Shown here piece after piece: positions 8,987 to 18,544 of a stretch of 64,000 bases of DNA (within the stretch, counting starts at the first letter, position 1; each line of letters opens with the position of its first letter). The position numbers and the translations under genes were made by a program. The stretch is from Syntrophales bacterium (GTDB lineage Bacteria; Desulfobacterota; Syntrophia; Syntrophales; UBA5619). Under the pieces are notes generated by a model. The model ran no database searches. It was not told the origin of the DNA and saw only the letters and a list, made by a program, of their open reading frames with translations. The stretch lies in the NCBI GenBank assembly GCA_040765725.1, contig JAXGRQ010000007.1:8140-72139 (forward strand), written 5' to 3'.

Positions 8987-10270
8987 ATGCTGACCCTGTC
9001 TATCTTTGCCGTTCTTCTGGCGTTCATCGTCTTGAACATTCCCATTGCCGTGGCGATGTGTTTGACCGCGATCCTGTTCTTCATCGGTCTTGGCAACGGA
9101 TCGCTGCTGACCATGTTGCCGCAACGGATGTATGCCTCCACAACCGGTTTCACGCTGCTGGCGATCCCTTTTTTTATCCTGGCGGCAAACCTGATGAACA
9201 CGGGCGGGGTGACGAGCCGGATCTTTCGCTTCGCCAAGGCCGTGGTCGGCCATATCCCCGGCGGACTCGGCCAGGTGTGCGTGATCGCCAACGTGATCTT
9301 CTCCGGAATGTCCGGATCGGCAATCGCCGACGCGGCGGGGCTGGGACAGGTCCTGCACAAGGCGATGGTCGACAACGGTTTCAAACCGAATTTTTCCGCT
9401 TCCCTCGTGGCGGCCGCGGCAACAATCGGGCCGGTGATCCCCCCCAGCATCCCATTCGTTCTCTATGGGGCCCTTACGGGGGTTTCGGTCGGAAAGCTCT
9501 TCATGGCCGGCTTTATTCCCGGGGCGTTGATGGCGTTGGCCATCATGATCGCCATTGCCTTTCGGGCCAAGCGCCTCAACCTGCCGAAGGAAACGCGAGC
9601 CGATCTGAGGGAGATCATCGCCAGCACGAAAGCGGCATTCTTGCCGATGCTTACGCCGGTCATCATTATCGGCGGGATCATGACCGGGATTTTCACTCCG
9701 ACCGAGGCCGCGGTCGTCGCATCCCTCTATGCGCTGTTCCTGGGTTTTTTCTACAGGGATCTGAAATGGAAGGATCTGCCCGATATCTTCTGGATATCGA
9801 TCCGGCAAACGGTCAGCCTGCTTTTCATCATTTCGGCGGCCGGCTTTTTCGGATGGCTGACCATCCATCAGAAGATCCCCGACCAGATCATCCTGTCGCT
9901 GACGGGCATGAGCCTGGCGCCGTCGGTTGTCTTGGCGATCATCATTGTCATCGTTCTCGTTCTCGGCTGCTTCCTGGAGGGGAACGCGATCTTCATCATC
10001 ACGGTCCCGATCTTTATGCCGATTGCGCAACAGTTCGGGATCGACCTCATCAACTTTGGCGTGGTGATGACCCTGCTGATCATGGTGGGAAATCTGACGC
10101 CGCCGGTGGGGATGTGCCTCTTCGCCGTCTCCAGCTTCAGCAATGTGAACATCGGAGTCCTCTCCAGGGAGATTGTGCCGTATCTGATCGGGATATTCAT
10201 CGTCACGGTGGTCATTGCCTATGTTCCGCAGATCTCCACGTTCCTGCCGGATCTGATCATGGGCCGATAG
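8987..10270 (+). CDS. TRAP transporter large permease (DctM family), system 2
   Basis: 427-aa hydrophobic ORF, MLTLSIFAVLLAFIVLNIPIAVAM...; DctM-like throughout. Confidence 0.93.
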   Translation: MLTLSIFAVLLAFIVLNIPIAVAMCLTAILFFIGLGNGSLLTMLPQRMYASTTGFTLLAIPFFILAANLMNTGGVTSRIFRFAKAVVGHIPGGLGQVCVIANVIFSGMSGSAIADAAGLGQVLHKAMVDNGFKPNFSASLVAAAATIGPVIPPSIPFVLYGALTGVSVGKLFMAGFIPGALMALAIMIAIAFRAKRLNLPKETRADLREIIASTKAAFLPMLTPVIIIGGIMTGIFTPTEAAVVASLYALFLGFFYRDLKWKDLPDIFWISIRQTVSLLFIISAAGFFGWLTIHQKIPDQIILSLTGMSLAPSVVLAIIIVIVLVLGCFLEGNAIFIITVPIFMPIAQQFGIDLINFGVVMTLLIMVGNLTPPVGMCLFAVSSFSNVNIGVLSREIVPYLIGIFIVTVVIAYVPQISTFLPDLIMGR

Positions 10271-10278
10271 GGGATGTC

Positions 10279-10791
10279 ATGGGAAAAATTACTAAGATCC
10301 TATTGTTTGCCGATAGGGCGATTCTGTTTGCGCTGAAAGTCGTCACGATCGTCAGCTTCGTTTTGCTGACGGTTCTGATCACGGCCAACGTATTTGTCCG
10401 TTTCTTCCCGGTCGTGTCCCTGCATTGGTTCGATGAGATCATCGAACTGCTTTACGCGTATCTGGTTTTTTACGGGGCGGCCGCGCTGTGGATCCTGCGG
10501 GGCCACATCAGCGTGGGAGACTGGATCGAAAAAAGCATTTCCCGGCCGCATCTGCGACATCTTTACCGGATCGTCATCGAGTTTTTGGTCCTCCTTTTTG
10601 CCTCTGTATTCTTCTACTACTCCTTGCGCCTGACGATTCTGGCCCTGGACGTGACGAACGTCTTTGCCATCCCCAAGAGGATTCTGTATTCCTGCATGCC
10701 GGTTGCGGGGGCGATCATGTTGATCTATTCGATTCGGAATATCGTCGTCGAGGTCATCCGGATCGGAAAGCCCAGAGAAGGAGAAGCATGA
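10279..10791 (+). CDS. TRAP transporter small permease (DctQ family), system 2
   Basis: Last 170 codons of track ORF 8944..10791, starting MGKITKILLFADRAILFALKVV (ATG 10279). Four-TM pattern. Located after DctM (P-M-Q order). Confidence 0.8.
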   Translation: MGKITKILLFADRAILFALKVVTIVSFVLLTVLITANVFVRFFPVVSLHWFDEIIELLYAYLVFYGAAALWILRGHISVGDWIEKSISRPHLRHLYRIVIEFLVLLFASVFFYYSLRLTILALDVTNVFAIPKRILYSCMPVAGAIMLIYSIRNIVVEVIRIGKPREGEA

Positions 10792-11756
10792 TGGATGAGA
10801 TTCTGAAAACCATAGAGGGCTATGGAATCGTTCCGGTGGTCAAGATCGAAAAGGCCGCGGATGCCCCTTCCCTTGGGAAGGCGCTTCTGGCAGGTGGTTT
10901 GCCGCTCGCGGAAATCACCTTCCGGACGGCTGCGGCGGAGAATGCGATCCGGATACTGGCGGAGGAAATGCCGGAGATGGTCGTTGGCGCCGGGACGGTC
11001 CTTTCGACCGAACAGGCAAGAAAGGCGATCGGCGCGGGCGCGAAATTCATCGTTTCGCCGGGATTCAACCCGAAGGTCGTCTCTTTCTGCCGGGAACGGG
11101 GGGTCCCCGTGATCCCGGGGGTCAATTCGCCGACGCAGATCGAAGCGGCGATGGAATGCGGCCTCGGCATCGTGAAATTCTTCCCGGCGGAGGAATCCGG
11201 CGGGAGGGCCTTTCTGACGGCCGTTTCGGCGCCCTACGAGGGGATCAAATTCATCCCGACCGGCGGGGTGAACGCGACGAACCTCGTTTCGTATCTTTCG
11301 TTGAAAAACGTGGCTGCCTGCGGCGGGAGCTGGATGGTGAAGGGCGAGCTCATCTCGGCGGGAAAATTCGAGGAAATCACGAGACTGACGGCGGAGGCGG
11401 TCCGGGTGCTTCTCGGGTTCACGCTCGCCCACGTGGGGATCAACGAGGAAAAAGCGGAAGACGCGAGCAAAAGCGTGGATCTGTTTTCACGACTGTTCCG
11501 TTTCCCGGTCGCCGAGGGGCAGAGCTCCTATTTCCTCGGGCAAAAGGAATTTGAGATCATGAAGAGCCCCGGCCGCGGACAAAAAGGGCACATTGCGCTG
11601 GGTGTGAACGATGTCGAAAGGGCGCTTTTCTATCTCGGCCGGCAGGGCATCGGGCCCGTCACGGGAACGGAAAAGGTCAAGGACGGCAAGTTGACCATCG
11701 CCTACTTGGATCGGGAGATTTCGGGATTCGCGATCCATCTTGTGAAGAAAGGGTAA
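10788..11756 (+). CDS. eda: 2-dehydro-3-deoxy-phosphogluconate (KDPG/KHG) aldolase with ~110-aa C-terminal VOC/glyoxalase-like extension
   Basis: Start [19 protein letters not shown] (ATG 10788, ATGA overlap with the dctQ stop). Eda core ([30 protein letters not shown]). Extra tail from about residue 215 (FTLAHVGIN...[10 protein letters not shown]...). Confidence 0.88.
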   Translation: MMDEILKTIEGYGIVPVVKIEKAADAPSLGKALLAGGLPLAEITFRTAAAENAIRILAEEMPEMVVGAGTVLSTEQARKAIGAGAKFIVSPGFNPKVVSFCRERGVPVIPGVNSPTQIEAAMECGLGIVKFFPAEESGGRAFLTAVSAPYEGIKFIPTGGVNATNLVSYLSLKNVAACGGSWMVKGELISAGKFEEITRLTAEAVRVLLGFTLAHVGINEEKAEDASKSVDLFSRLFRFPVAEGQSSYFLGQKEFEIMKSPGRGQKGHIALGVNDVERALFYLGRQGIGPVTGTEKVKDGKLTIAYLDREISGFAIHLVKKG

Positions 11757-11761
11757 AGGCT

Positions 11762-12790
11762 ATGAAAAAAATCATTGCCTTCGGCGAAATCATGTTGAGA
11801 CTGAAGGCCCCGGGCAGCGAAAGGCTTTTCCAGAGCCCGTCGCTGGAGGCAACCTTCGGTGGGGGAGAGGCGAATGTGGCCGTGGGGCTGGCCCATTTCG
11901 GAATGGACGTTGCCTTCGTGAGCCTGATCCCCCCGAACCGGATCGGGGACGGCTGCGTCGCGGAGCTCCGCAGGCAGGGGGTGGATGTTTCCCGCGTCAT
12001 CCGGAAGGGTAAGCGGCTGGGGATCTATTTCCTGGAGGCCGGGGCCAACCAGAGGCCTTCCGTAGTCATTTACGACCGGTCACACTCCGCCATCGCGGAG
12101 GTGATCCGCGGGGAGATCCCGTGGGATGATGTTTTTGCGGGGGGCGGATGGTTTCACATCACCGGAATCACGCCGGCAATTTCCCAGTCCGCGGCCCTCG
12201 TCTCTCTGGAGGCGGTTCTGAAGGCGAAGGAGAAGGGCCTGACCGTCTCCTGTGATCTGAACTACCGGAAGAATCTCTGGAAATACGGCCGGACGGCGCA
12301 AGAGGTCATGACCGAGATCGTCAAGCATACGGATATGGTCATGGCCAACGAGGAGGACTGCCAGAAGGCGCTGGGCGTGTCGGCCGATGTGGACGTCGAA
12401 TCCGGGAATGTGGAGGCGGACCACTACCGGAGGCTCACGGACCGGGTGCTCCAACAGTTTCCGGATCTGAAAAAAATTGCGGTGACTTTGCGGGAGAGCC
12501 ATTCGGCGGACCACAACGGATGGTCGGCGGTGCTGAACAACCGGCAGGAATTCCTGGTTTCGCGGAAATACGAGATTCGGGACATCGTTGACCGGGTGGG
12601 GTCCGGGGACGCGTTCGCCGCCGGCCTGATCTACGGCCTCCATGCGCTGAAATCGGATCGGGAAGCGCTGGAGTTTGCCGTGGCCGCCTCCTGTCTGAAG
12701 CATTCGCTTCCCGGGGATTTTCCGCTGCTCTCCCGGGAGGAGGTCCAATCCCTGGTCGGAGGATCCGGTTCGGGAAGGGTTCAGAGATAA
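11762..12790 (+). CDS. kdgK: 2-dehydro-3-deoxygluconokinase (PfkB-family sugar kinase)
   Basis: 342 aa. [14 protein letters not shown]..., [13 protein letters not shown]-terminal GSGDAFAAG motif. Sits between eda and kduI. Confidence 0.88.
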   Translation: MKKIIAFGEIMLRLKAPGSERLFQSPSLEATFGGGEANVAVGLAHFGMDVAFVSLIPPNRIGDGCVAELRRQGVDVSRVIRKGKRLGIYFLEAGANQRPSVVIYDRSHSAIAEVIRGEIPWDDVFAGGGWFHITGITPAISQSAALVSLEAVLKAKEKGLTVSCDLNYRKNLWKYGRTAQEVMTEIVKHTDMVMANEEDCQKALGVSADVDVESGNVEADHYRRLTDRVLQQFPDLKKIAVTLRESHSADHNGWSAVLNNRQEFLVSRKYEIRDIVDRVGSGDAFAAGLIYGLHALKSDREALEFAVAASCLKHSLPGDFPLLSREEVQSLVGGSGSGRVQR

Positions 12791-12809
12791 AAAGAGAAAG
12801 GAGAAACTC

Positions 12810-13640
12810 ATGGACATCCGTTATGCCGTTCATCCGGAACAGATGAAAACGCTGGACACCCAAAAGATGCGGGAGCGGTTTCTGGTGGAGAATCTCTTTG
12901 CCCGAGACCGTCTGAACATGGTCTACAGCCATATCGATCGGATCATCGTCGGAGGGATCTCGCCGGTAAAGGGAGCCGTGGATCTTAAGGTGACCAAGGA
13001 GCTGGGCGTCGATTTCTTCCTGCAGCGCAGGGAGATGGGAATCATCAACATCGGCGGCGCCGGCGTCGTGTCCATCGACGGAAAGAGATACAAACTGGGA
13101 AACCGGGAGTGCCTCTACATCGGCATGGGGGCAAAGAAGGTCTCCTTCGCGAGCGCGGACCGGAATAGTCCGGCGAAATTTTACTTCAACAGCGCCCCGG
13201 CCCATGCCGCCTACCCCGTCGTGAAGCTCTCGCTGAAGGACGCCCAGCGGCTGGATCTGGGGGATCCGCTCAAGGCGAATGTCCGGACCATCTACCAGTT
13301 CATCCATCCCAAGGTGCTCCAAAGCTGCCAGCTCGTGATGGGGCTGACCATTCTGGCGCCGGGCAGCAACTGGAATACGATGCCCTGCCACACCCATGAC
13401 CGGCGGATGGAGGTCTATCTCTATTTCGACATGCCGGACGACACCGTGGTTTTCCACCTCATCGGGGAGCCGCGGGAGACGAGGCACGTGGTCGTTCGGA
13501 ACGAACAGGCCGTCATCGCGCCGAGCTGGTCCATCCATTCGGGGGTGGGGAGCGGCAGCTACACCTTCATCTGGGGGATGGTGGGGGAAAATCAGACCTT
13601 CACCGACATGGACGACGTGCCCATGTCCGTATTGAGGTAG
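12810..13640 (+). CDS. kduI: 5-dehydro-4-deoxy-D-glucuronate isomerase
   Basis: 276 aa. [30 protein letters not shown]... and a cupin core with [13 protein letters not shown] typical of KduI. Confidence 0.92.
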   Translation: MDIRYAVHPEQMKTLDTQKMRERFLVENLFARDRLNMVYSHIDRIIVGGISPVKGAVDLKVTKELGVDFFLQRREMGIINIGGAGVVSIDGKRYKLGNRECLYIGMGAKKVSFASADRNSPAKFYFNSAPAHAAYPVVKLSLKDAQRLDLGDPLKANVRTIYQFIHPKVLQSCQLVMGLTILAPGSNWNTMPCHTHDRRMEVYLYFDMPDDTVVFHLIGEPRETRHVVVRNEQAVIAPSWSIHSGVGSGSYTFIWGMVGENQTFTDMDDVPMSVLR

Positions 13641-13661
13641 AACACCCATTTCATAAAGGAG

Positions 13662-14453
13662 ATGATCATGATCCTGGATCTTTTCAGCCTGAAAGGCAAG
13701 GTGGCTTTCGTTACCGGCGCGTCCTACGGCATCGGTTTCGCGATCGCAAAGGCGTATGTGGAGGCCGGCGCGCAAATCGTCTTCAACGATCTCACGCAGG
13801 AGCTGGTCGACAAGGGGCTGGCCGCCTACAAGGAGGCGGGCATTCAAACCCGCGGCTACGTCTGCGATGTCACCGATGAAAACGCCGTCAACGAAACCGT
13901 GAAGAGGATCGAAAGGGAAGTCGGCGTCATCGACATTCTCGTGAACAACGCCGGCATCATCAAACGGATTCCGATGCTGGAGATGACCGCCGCCGAGTTC
14001 AGACAGGTGATCGACGTGGACCTCAACGCGCCTTTCATCGTATCCAAGGCGGTGATCCCCTCCATGATCAAAAAGGGTCATGGAAAGATCATCAACCTCT
14101 GTTCGATGATGAGCGAACTCGGGCGGGAAACCGTTTCGGCCTATGCCGCCGCGAAGGGCGGACTCAAGATGCTCACCCGGAACATCTGCTCCGAATACGG
14201 CGCGCAGAACATCCAGTGCAACGGAATCGGGCCGGGGTACATCGCCACACCCCAGACCGCCCCGCTGCGGGTGGACGGACATCCGTTCAACAGCTTCATC
14301 ATTTCCAAGACGCCGGCGGGTCGCTGGGGAACGACGGAGGATCTGACGGGACCCGCCGTCTTCCTGGCCTCGGACGCGTCGAATTTCGTGAACGGGCATA
14401 TCCTCTATGTCGACGGCGGCATTCTGGCCTATATCGGCAAGCAGCCGTCGTAA
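13662..14453 (+). CDS. kduD: 2-dehydro-3-deoxy-D-gluconate 5-dehydrogenase / gluconate 5-dehydrogenase-type SDR
   Basis: 263 aa. LFSLKGKVAFVTGASYGIGFAIA, NNAG, YAAAKGG. Directly after kduI. Start could be 13668. Confidence 0.85.
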   Translation: MIMILDLFSLKGKVAFVTGASYGIGFAIAKAYVEAGAQIVFNDLTQELVDKGLAAYKEAGIQTRGYVCDVTDENAVNETVKRIEREVGVIDILVNNAGIIKRIPMLEMTAAEFRQVIDVDLNAPFIVSKAVIPSMIKKGHGKIINLCSMMSELGRETVSAYAAAKGGLKMLTRNICSEYGAQNIQCNGIGPGYIATPQTAPLRVDGHPFNSFIISKTPAGRWGTTEDLTGPAVFLASDASNFVNGHILYVDGGILAYIGKQPS

Positions 14454-14510
14454 AATTCAGCGTCAATCGGCAACGGAATGCCTAAACCTATCAACGAAAG
14501 GAGGGGGAAA

Positions 14511-15503
14511 ATGAAAAAGCGTTTGTGGTTGATCTCTTGTTTGGTGATATTGGGGGTCTTCATCTGTTTTTCGGCAACGGGATTCGCCGCCACGGCGAAA
14601 TACAACTGGAAACTGGCCTCGGTTCTGCCCGATTCGCACCCGGTCCATAAGGCCCTCGTCTACTTCGCCGAGCAGGTCGGTGAAAAGACCAAGGGCGAGG
14701 TCAAGATCACGGTCTTTCCGGCGGGTCAGTTGGGCCAGGAAAAGGATTACATCGAGGGGGTCAAGGTGGGGGCCATTGAGATCACGAAGGTTTCCTCCGC
14801 GCCGCTCGGACAGTTCGCCCCGAGCCTGCAGGTGGTCAGCCTTCCGTTCATCTGGCGCAACGACGCCCACCAGCACGCGGTGCTCGACGGCCCGGTCGGG
14901 GCGAGGCTGATGAAGGATCTCGAGAAAAACGGATTCAAGGGACTCGCCTTCTTTGACGCCGGGTTCCGCAACGTGACCACGCAGGCGGGACCGGTGAAGG
15001 TTCCGGCGGATCTGAAGGGCAAGAAGGTTCGGGTCATGCAGAGCAAACCGCTGATCGACACCATCAACGCGTTCGGCGCGACGGCGGTGCCGATGGGACA
15101 ATCGGAGGTCTATGTCGCCCTGCAGCAGAAGGTCATCGACGGTTGGGAGAACAACGAGCCGACGGTCCTGACCTTCAACATGCAGGAGGTTTGCAAATAC
15201 TTCTCCTACACGCGCCACACCTCCATTCCGGACATCCTGGTGATGAGCAAGCAGGTGTTCGATGCGGCTCCGAAAAATGTTCAGACGGCGATCATGGACG
15301 CGGCGGCCCAGGCGATCCCCTACCAGCGGAAGATCTGGGCGTCGTATATCGACGATGCGGTCAAACAGCTCAAGGCCAAGGGAATGGTCTTCAACGAGGT
15401 GAACGACATCCGGGAGTTCCAGGCCCTCGCCAAGCCGATTTACAAACAGTTCGAACCGGTGGTCGGCGCGGACCTCATCGACGCGATCGTCAAGCAAAAA
15501 TAA
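14511..15503 (+). CDS. TRAP transporter substrate-binding protein (DctP family), system 3
   Basis: ORF 14478..15503; start at MKKRLWLISCLVILGVF (ATG 14511) after AGGAGGGGG. DctP-like body (KKVRVMQSKPLID). Confidence 0.92.
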   Translation: MKKRLWLISCLVILGVFICFSATGFAATAKYNWKLASVLPDSHPVHKALVYFAEQVGEKTKGEVKITVFPAGQLGQEKDYIEGVKVGAIEITKVSSAPLGQFAPSLQVVSLPFIWRNDAHQHAVLDGPVGARLMKDLEKNGFKGLAFFDAGFRNVTTQAGPVKVPADLKGKKVRVMQSKPLIDTINAFGATAVPMGQSEVYVALQQKVIDGWENNEPTVLTFNMQEVCKYFSYTRHTSIPDILVMSKQVFDAAPKNVQTAIMDAAAQAIPYQRKIWASYIDDAVKQLKAKGMVFNEVNDIREFQALAKPIYKQFEPVVGADLIDAIVKQK

Positions 15504-15581
15504 CTGTTTGCCGATCTTGTCTTCTGCCGCGGTCACGGGTCGTGGCGGCCCGTGACCGCGGCTTCCTCGCAGGAGAAAAAT

Positions 15582-16091
15582 GTGTCCGGACCTCTCATCA
15601 TCCGCTGGCTTGACCGTGTGGAAAGGCTGATCACCGCCGCAACGGCCGTCATCCTGATCATCCTTTCGGCATTGATCTGCTGGCAGGTTTTCTCGAGGTA
15701 TGTGCTGAATTTCAGCCCGTTCTGGATCGAGGAGATTTGCGTGATCTCGCTGATGTGGATCGGACTGCTGGGCGCCGCCGCCTGCGTCTGGACCGAGTCC
15801 CACATGAGCCTCGAGCTGGTGGTGTCGCGACTGCCTGAAGGGATCCGGACCTGGCTGAGGGCGGCGACGGATCTCCTGATTGCGGTGTTTGCATTTTTTT
15901 TGCTGGAGCGCGGCACTTTTCTGGTCCAGAAGACGATGAGCGGGACCCTCTCCTCGCTGCCGCTCGCCGTGGGGTACACCTATCTGGTCCTTCCCCTCGC
16001 GGGGGGGCTGATGGTCGTTTTTGCGCTGATCAGGGCCGTCGGCGGCGTGGCCCGTTACTATGCCGCCGGGGGAGGAGCCCGGAATGGTTGA
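15582..16091 (+). CDS. TRAP transporter small permease (DctQ family), system 3
   Basis: ORF 15552..16091. In-frame GTG 15582 sits 6 nt after AGGAG (15571-15575); GTG 15552 is an alternative. Four-TM pattern. Confidence 0.82.
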   Translation: MSGPLIIRWLDRVERLITAATAVILIILSALICWQVFSRYVLNFSPFWIEEICVISLMWIGLLGAAACVWTESHMSLELVVSRLPEGIRTWLRAATDLLIAVFAFFLLERGTFLVQKTMSGTLSSLPLAVGYTYLVLPLAGGLMVVFALIRAVGGVARYYAAGGGARNG

Positions 16092-17367
16092 AAGCGTTCT
16101 GCTGCTGGGCTCCTTTCTGGTGCTGATCCTGCTGGGCGTTCCGATCGCGTTCAGCCTGGGGATTGCCGCGCTGCTCACGGCCCAGTACACCGGCCTGGGG
16201 ACGGCAATGATCGTCCAGCGCGTCGGGTCCGGCATGCAGTCCTTTCCGCTGCTGGCCATTCCGCTGTTCATCCTGGCGGGCGCCATCATGGCCAAGGGCG
16301 GGATCGCCCGACGGATCGTCGATTTCGCCTACATCATCGTCGGCCCGTTTCCGGGGGGGCTGGCGATGGTCAACTGCATCGACTCGATGTTTTTCGGCGG
16401 CGTGTCGGGCTCCGCCGTGGCCGACATCTCCTCGACGGGCCCGATCATGATCCCGATGATGGTCCAGAAGGGGTACGACCGTGAGTTTGCCACCGCTCTC
16501 ACCGTGGCCTCCTCCGTCCAGGGGATTATTATCCCGCCGAGCCACAACATGGTCATCTACGCGATGGTGGCCGGGGGGGTCTCCATCGGAAAGCTGTTTC
16601 TGGCCGGCTACCTTCCCGGAATGCTGATGGGAACGCTGCTGGCGATCACCTGTTACCTGCTGGCCTTGAGGCGCGGTTATCCCCGCGAAAAGCGGCCGCC
16701 GCTCAGGAGGTCGCTGGTCATCGCCAGGGACGGCCTGCTGAGCATCTTTGCGGCGGTGATCATCGTCGGCGGGATCGCCTTCGGCATCTTCACCGCCACG
16801 GAGGCCTCCGCGGTCGCCGTGTTCTATGCGGCTTTTCTGGGGCTGGTCGTCTACCGCGAGATGAAAGTCGTTGATTTGTGGCCGATCTTCGTCGATTCGG
16901 TCAAGACCACGGCGATCGTGATGCTGCTGATCGGTTGCGCGTCCGGATTTGCCTGGATGATGACCTTCCTGCGCATCCCCACGCTGGTGACCCAGTTCTT
17001 TTTGTCGATCAGCGACAATCCGTTCGTCATTTTGTTTTTGATCAACATTCTGCTGATCTTTTTGGGGGCGATCATGGACGTGGCGCCGCTGATCGTGATC
17101 GTCACACCGGTCCTGTTGCCGGTGGTTCAGACCGTGGGAATGAATCCGGTGACATTCGGGATCGTGCTGATGGTGAACATGGCGATCGGTCTGACAACCC
17201 CTCCGGTGGGGGCCGGGCTCTTTGTCGGCTGCACAGTCGGGAAGACCACGATGGAGAAGTGCACGCGGTCGATGCTGCTGTTGTGGCCGGCGATGCTGAT
17301 CGTGCTGCTGCTGACCACCTACATTCCCTGGATGACCACCGCCCTGCCGAACTGGCTGATGCCCTGA
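16084..17367 (+). CDS. TRAP transporter large permease (DctM family), system 3
   Basis: ORF 16060..17367; ATG 16084 (MVESVLLLGSFLVLILLGVPIAF) overlaps the dctQ stop. DctM-like throughout. Confidence 0.93.
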   Translation: MVESVLLLGSFLVLILLGVPIAFSLGIAALLTAQYTGLGTAMIVQRVGSGMQSFPLLAIPLFILAGAIMAKGGIARRIVDFAYIIVGPFPGGLAMVNCIDSMFFGGVSGSAVADISSTGPIMIPMMVQKGYDREFATALTVASSVQGIIIPPSHNMVIYAMVAGGVSIGKLFLAGYLPGMLMGTLLAITCYLLALRRGYPREKRPPLRRSLVIARDGLLSIFAAVIIVGGIAFGIFTATEASAVAVFYAAFLGLVVYREMKVVDLWPIFVDSVKTTAIVMLLIGCASGFAWMMTFLRIPTLVTQFFLSISDNPFVILFLINILLIFLGAIMDVAPLIVIVTPVLLPVVQTVGMNPVTFGIVLMVNMAIGLTTPPVGAGLFVGCTVGKTTMEKCTRSMLLLWPAMLIVLLLTTYIPWMTTALPNWLMP

Positions 17368-17445
17368 GGCGCTTCCGCGCGATTTTATCCGATCCATGCT
17401 TCCGGGATCCGATTCTCAATCGGGGTAAAAAAACATTGGAACGCT

Positions 17446-17475
17446 TTACAATTCCGTTGCCACAGGTGTTACAAT
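17446..17475 (+). promoter_or_regulatory. Candidate internal promoter (TTACAA-18-TACAAT)
   Basis: Hexamers at 17446-17451 and 17470-17475 in the 132-nt gap before the aldolase-like gene. Confidence 0.35.
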
Positions 17476-17499
17476 CATGAAGAATGCAGGAGGAAAGGG

Positions 17500-18534
17500 A
17501 TGATGAAATACACCGTAGGCGATTATGGCTTTGACCTGAAGAGAACCTTTCCGGACGCGATTTTCAAAAAGATTACCGAGATACGGGTCAACAGCCCCGA
17601 GGTCATTCTCCGTGAGGCCGAGGCGAGGAAGAGACGGAAAGGTCTCACCCGCGACGGCAAGCTCACGATCCTCGCCGCGGATCATCCGGCTCGGATGGTG
17701 ACCCGCTCCGGTGACGATCCCGTTGGCATGTGCGACCGGCAAGAGTACCTCGGACGGGTGCTCCGGGTCGTCACCCATCCGGATGTGGACGGGGTCATGG
17801 CGACGACGGATGTCATCGAGGACCTTTTCATCGTCAACCATCTCGTCAAGGAGGGCGGAGGACCGTCCTTCCTGGATGAAAAGGTGATGCTCGGCTCGAT
17901 GAACCGGGGCGGGCTTTCCGGGACGGCGTTTGAAATGGACGACACGTTCACCAGTTTTTCCGTGGAAAGCCTCCGTCGGCTCCGCCTGGATGCCGCCAAG
18001 ACGATGTTCCGTCTGGAGACGACCAGCCGGGATTCCGCGAAAACGATGCGCTACAACGCCGACATCATCAGCGAATTGAACCGGTACGAGATCCCCTGTT
18101 TCCTCGAAATCCTGTGTGTTTCACCCGAGGGGTACAAGGTTCAAAAGACGCCGGTCGAGATGATGAAGGCCATCGGAGTCGCCTCGGCGATGGGCGATTC
18201 CTCGCGGAACCTCTGGTTGAAGATCCCGTTTTGCGAAGACTACTCCCGCGTCGTCAGGGCGACGACGCTGCCGTTGTTGATGCTGGGCGGGGAATCGAAG
18301 GGCGACCCGACCGGCACGATCCGGGAATTCGTCGCGGGCATGCAGGCGGGCGCCAATGTACGGGGAGCGCTGGTGGGCCGGAACATTCTTTTTCCGGGAA
18401 AGGACGATCCGCTGGCGACGGCGCTTGCCGTGAATCGGGTGGTGCATGCCGGCGTTTCCACGGAAGAAGCGGTCGATTTTTTGATGAAGAACCGGGACAT
18501 CCATATGGACGCGCTGACAAGGCATATCCGGTAA
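17500..18534 (+). CDS. Class I aldolase-superfamily TIM-barrel protein (DeoC/LacD/FbaB-DhnA type); substrate unknown
   Basis: 344 aa. By eye collinear with DhnA/FbaB-type class I aldolases: ILAADHP (cf. ILPVDQG), candidate Schiff-base lysine in NLWLKIPF, C-terminal GALVGRNILF. Confidence 0.6.
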   Translation: MMKYTVGDYGFDLKRTFPDAIFKKITEIRVNSPEVILREAEARKRRKGLTRDGKLTILAADHPARMVTRSGDDPVGMCDRQEYLGRVLRVVTHPDVDGVMATTDVIEDLFIVNHLVKEGGGPSFLDEKVMLGSMNRGGLSGTAFEMDDTFTSFSVESLRRLRLDAAKTMFRLETTSRDSAKTMRYNADIISELNRYEIPCFLEILCVSPEGYKVQKTPVEMMKAIGVASAMGDSSRNLWLKIPFCEDYSRVVRATTLPLLMLGGESKGDPTGTIREFVAGMQAGANVRGALVGRNILFPGKDDPLATALAVNRVVHAGVSTEEAVDFLMKNRDIHMDALTRHIR

Positions 18535-18544
18535 GGAGAGAGAA

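Noticed and set aside
8944-10278. N-terminal 445 codons of the 615-aa track ORF 8944..10791
   Set aside because: This part runs in an alternative frame across the DctM gene and is Arg/Gly/Asp-rich. Only the last 170 codons (from ATG 10279) look like a real protein (DctQ). Similar over-extensions were trimmed for ORFs 10488, 19528, 20625, 31101, 34668, 52777 and 55968.
12435-17397. Three very long antisense ORFs (12435..14399, 14463..16295, 16030..17397; 455-654 aa)
   Set aside because: All lie opposite kduI/kduD and TRAP system 3. The translations are dominated by R, D, G, H, P runs. No start context or motifs support them.
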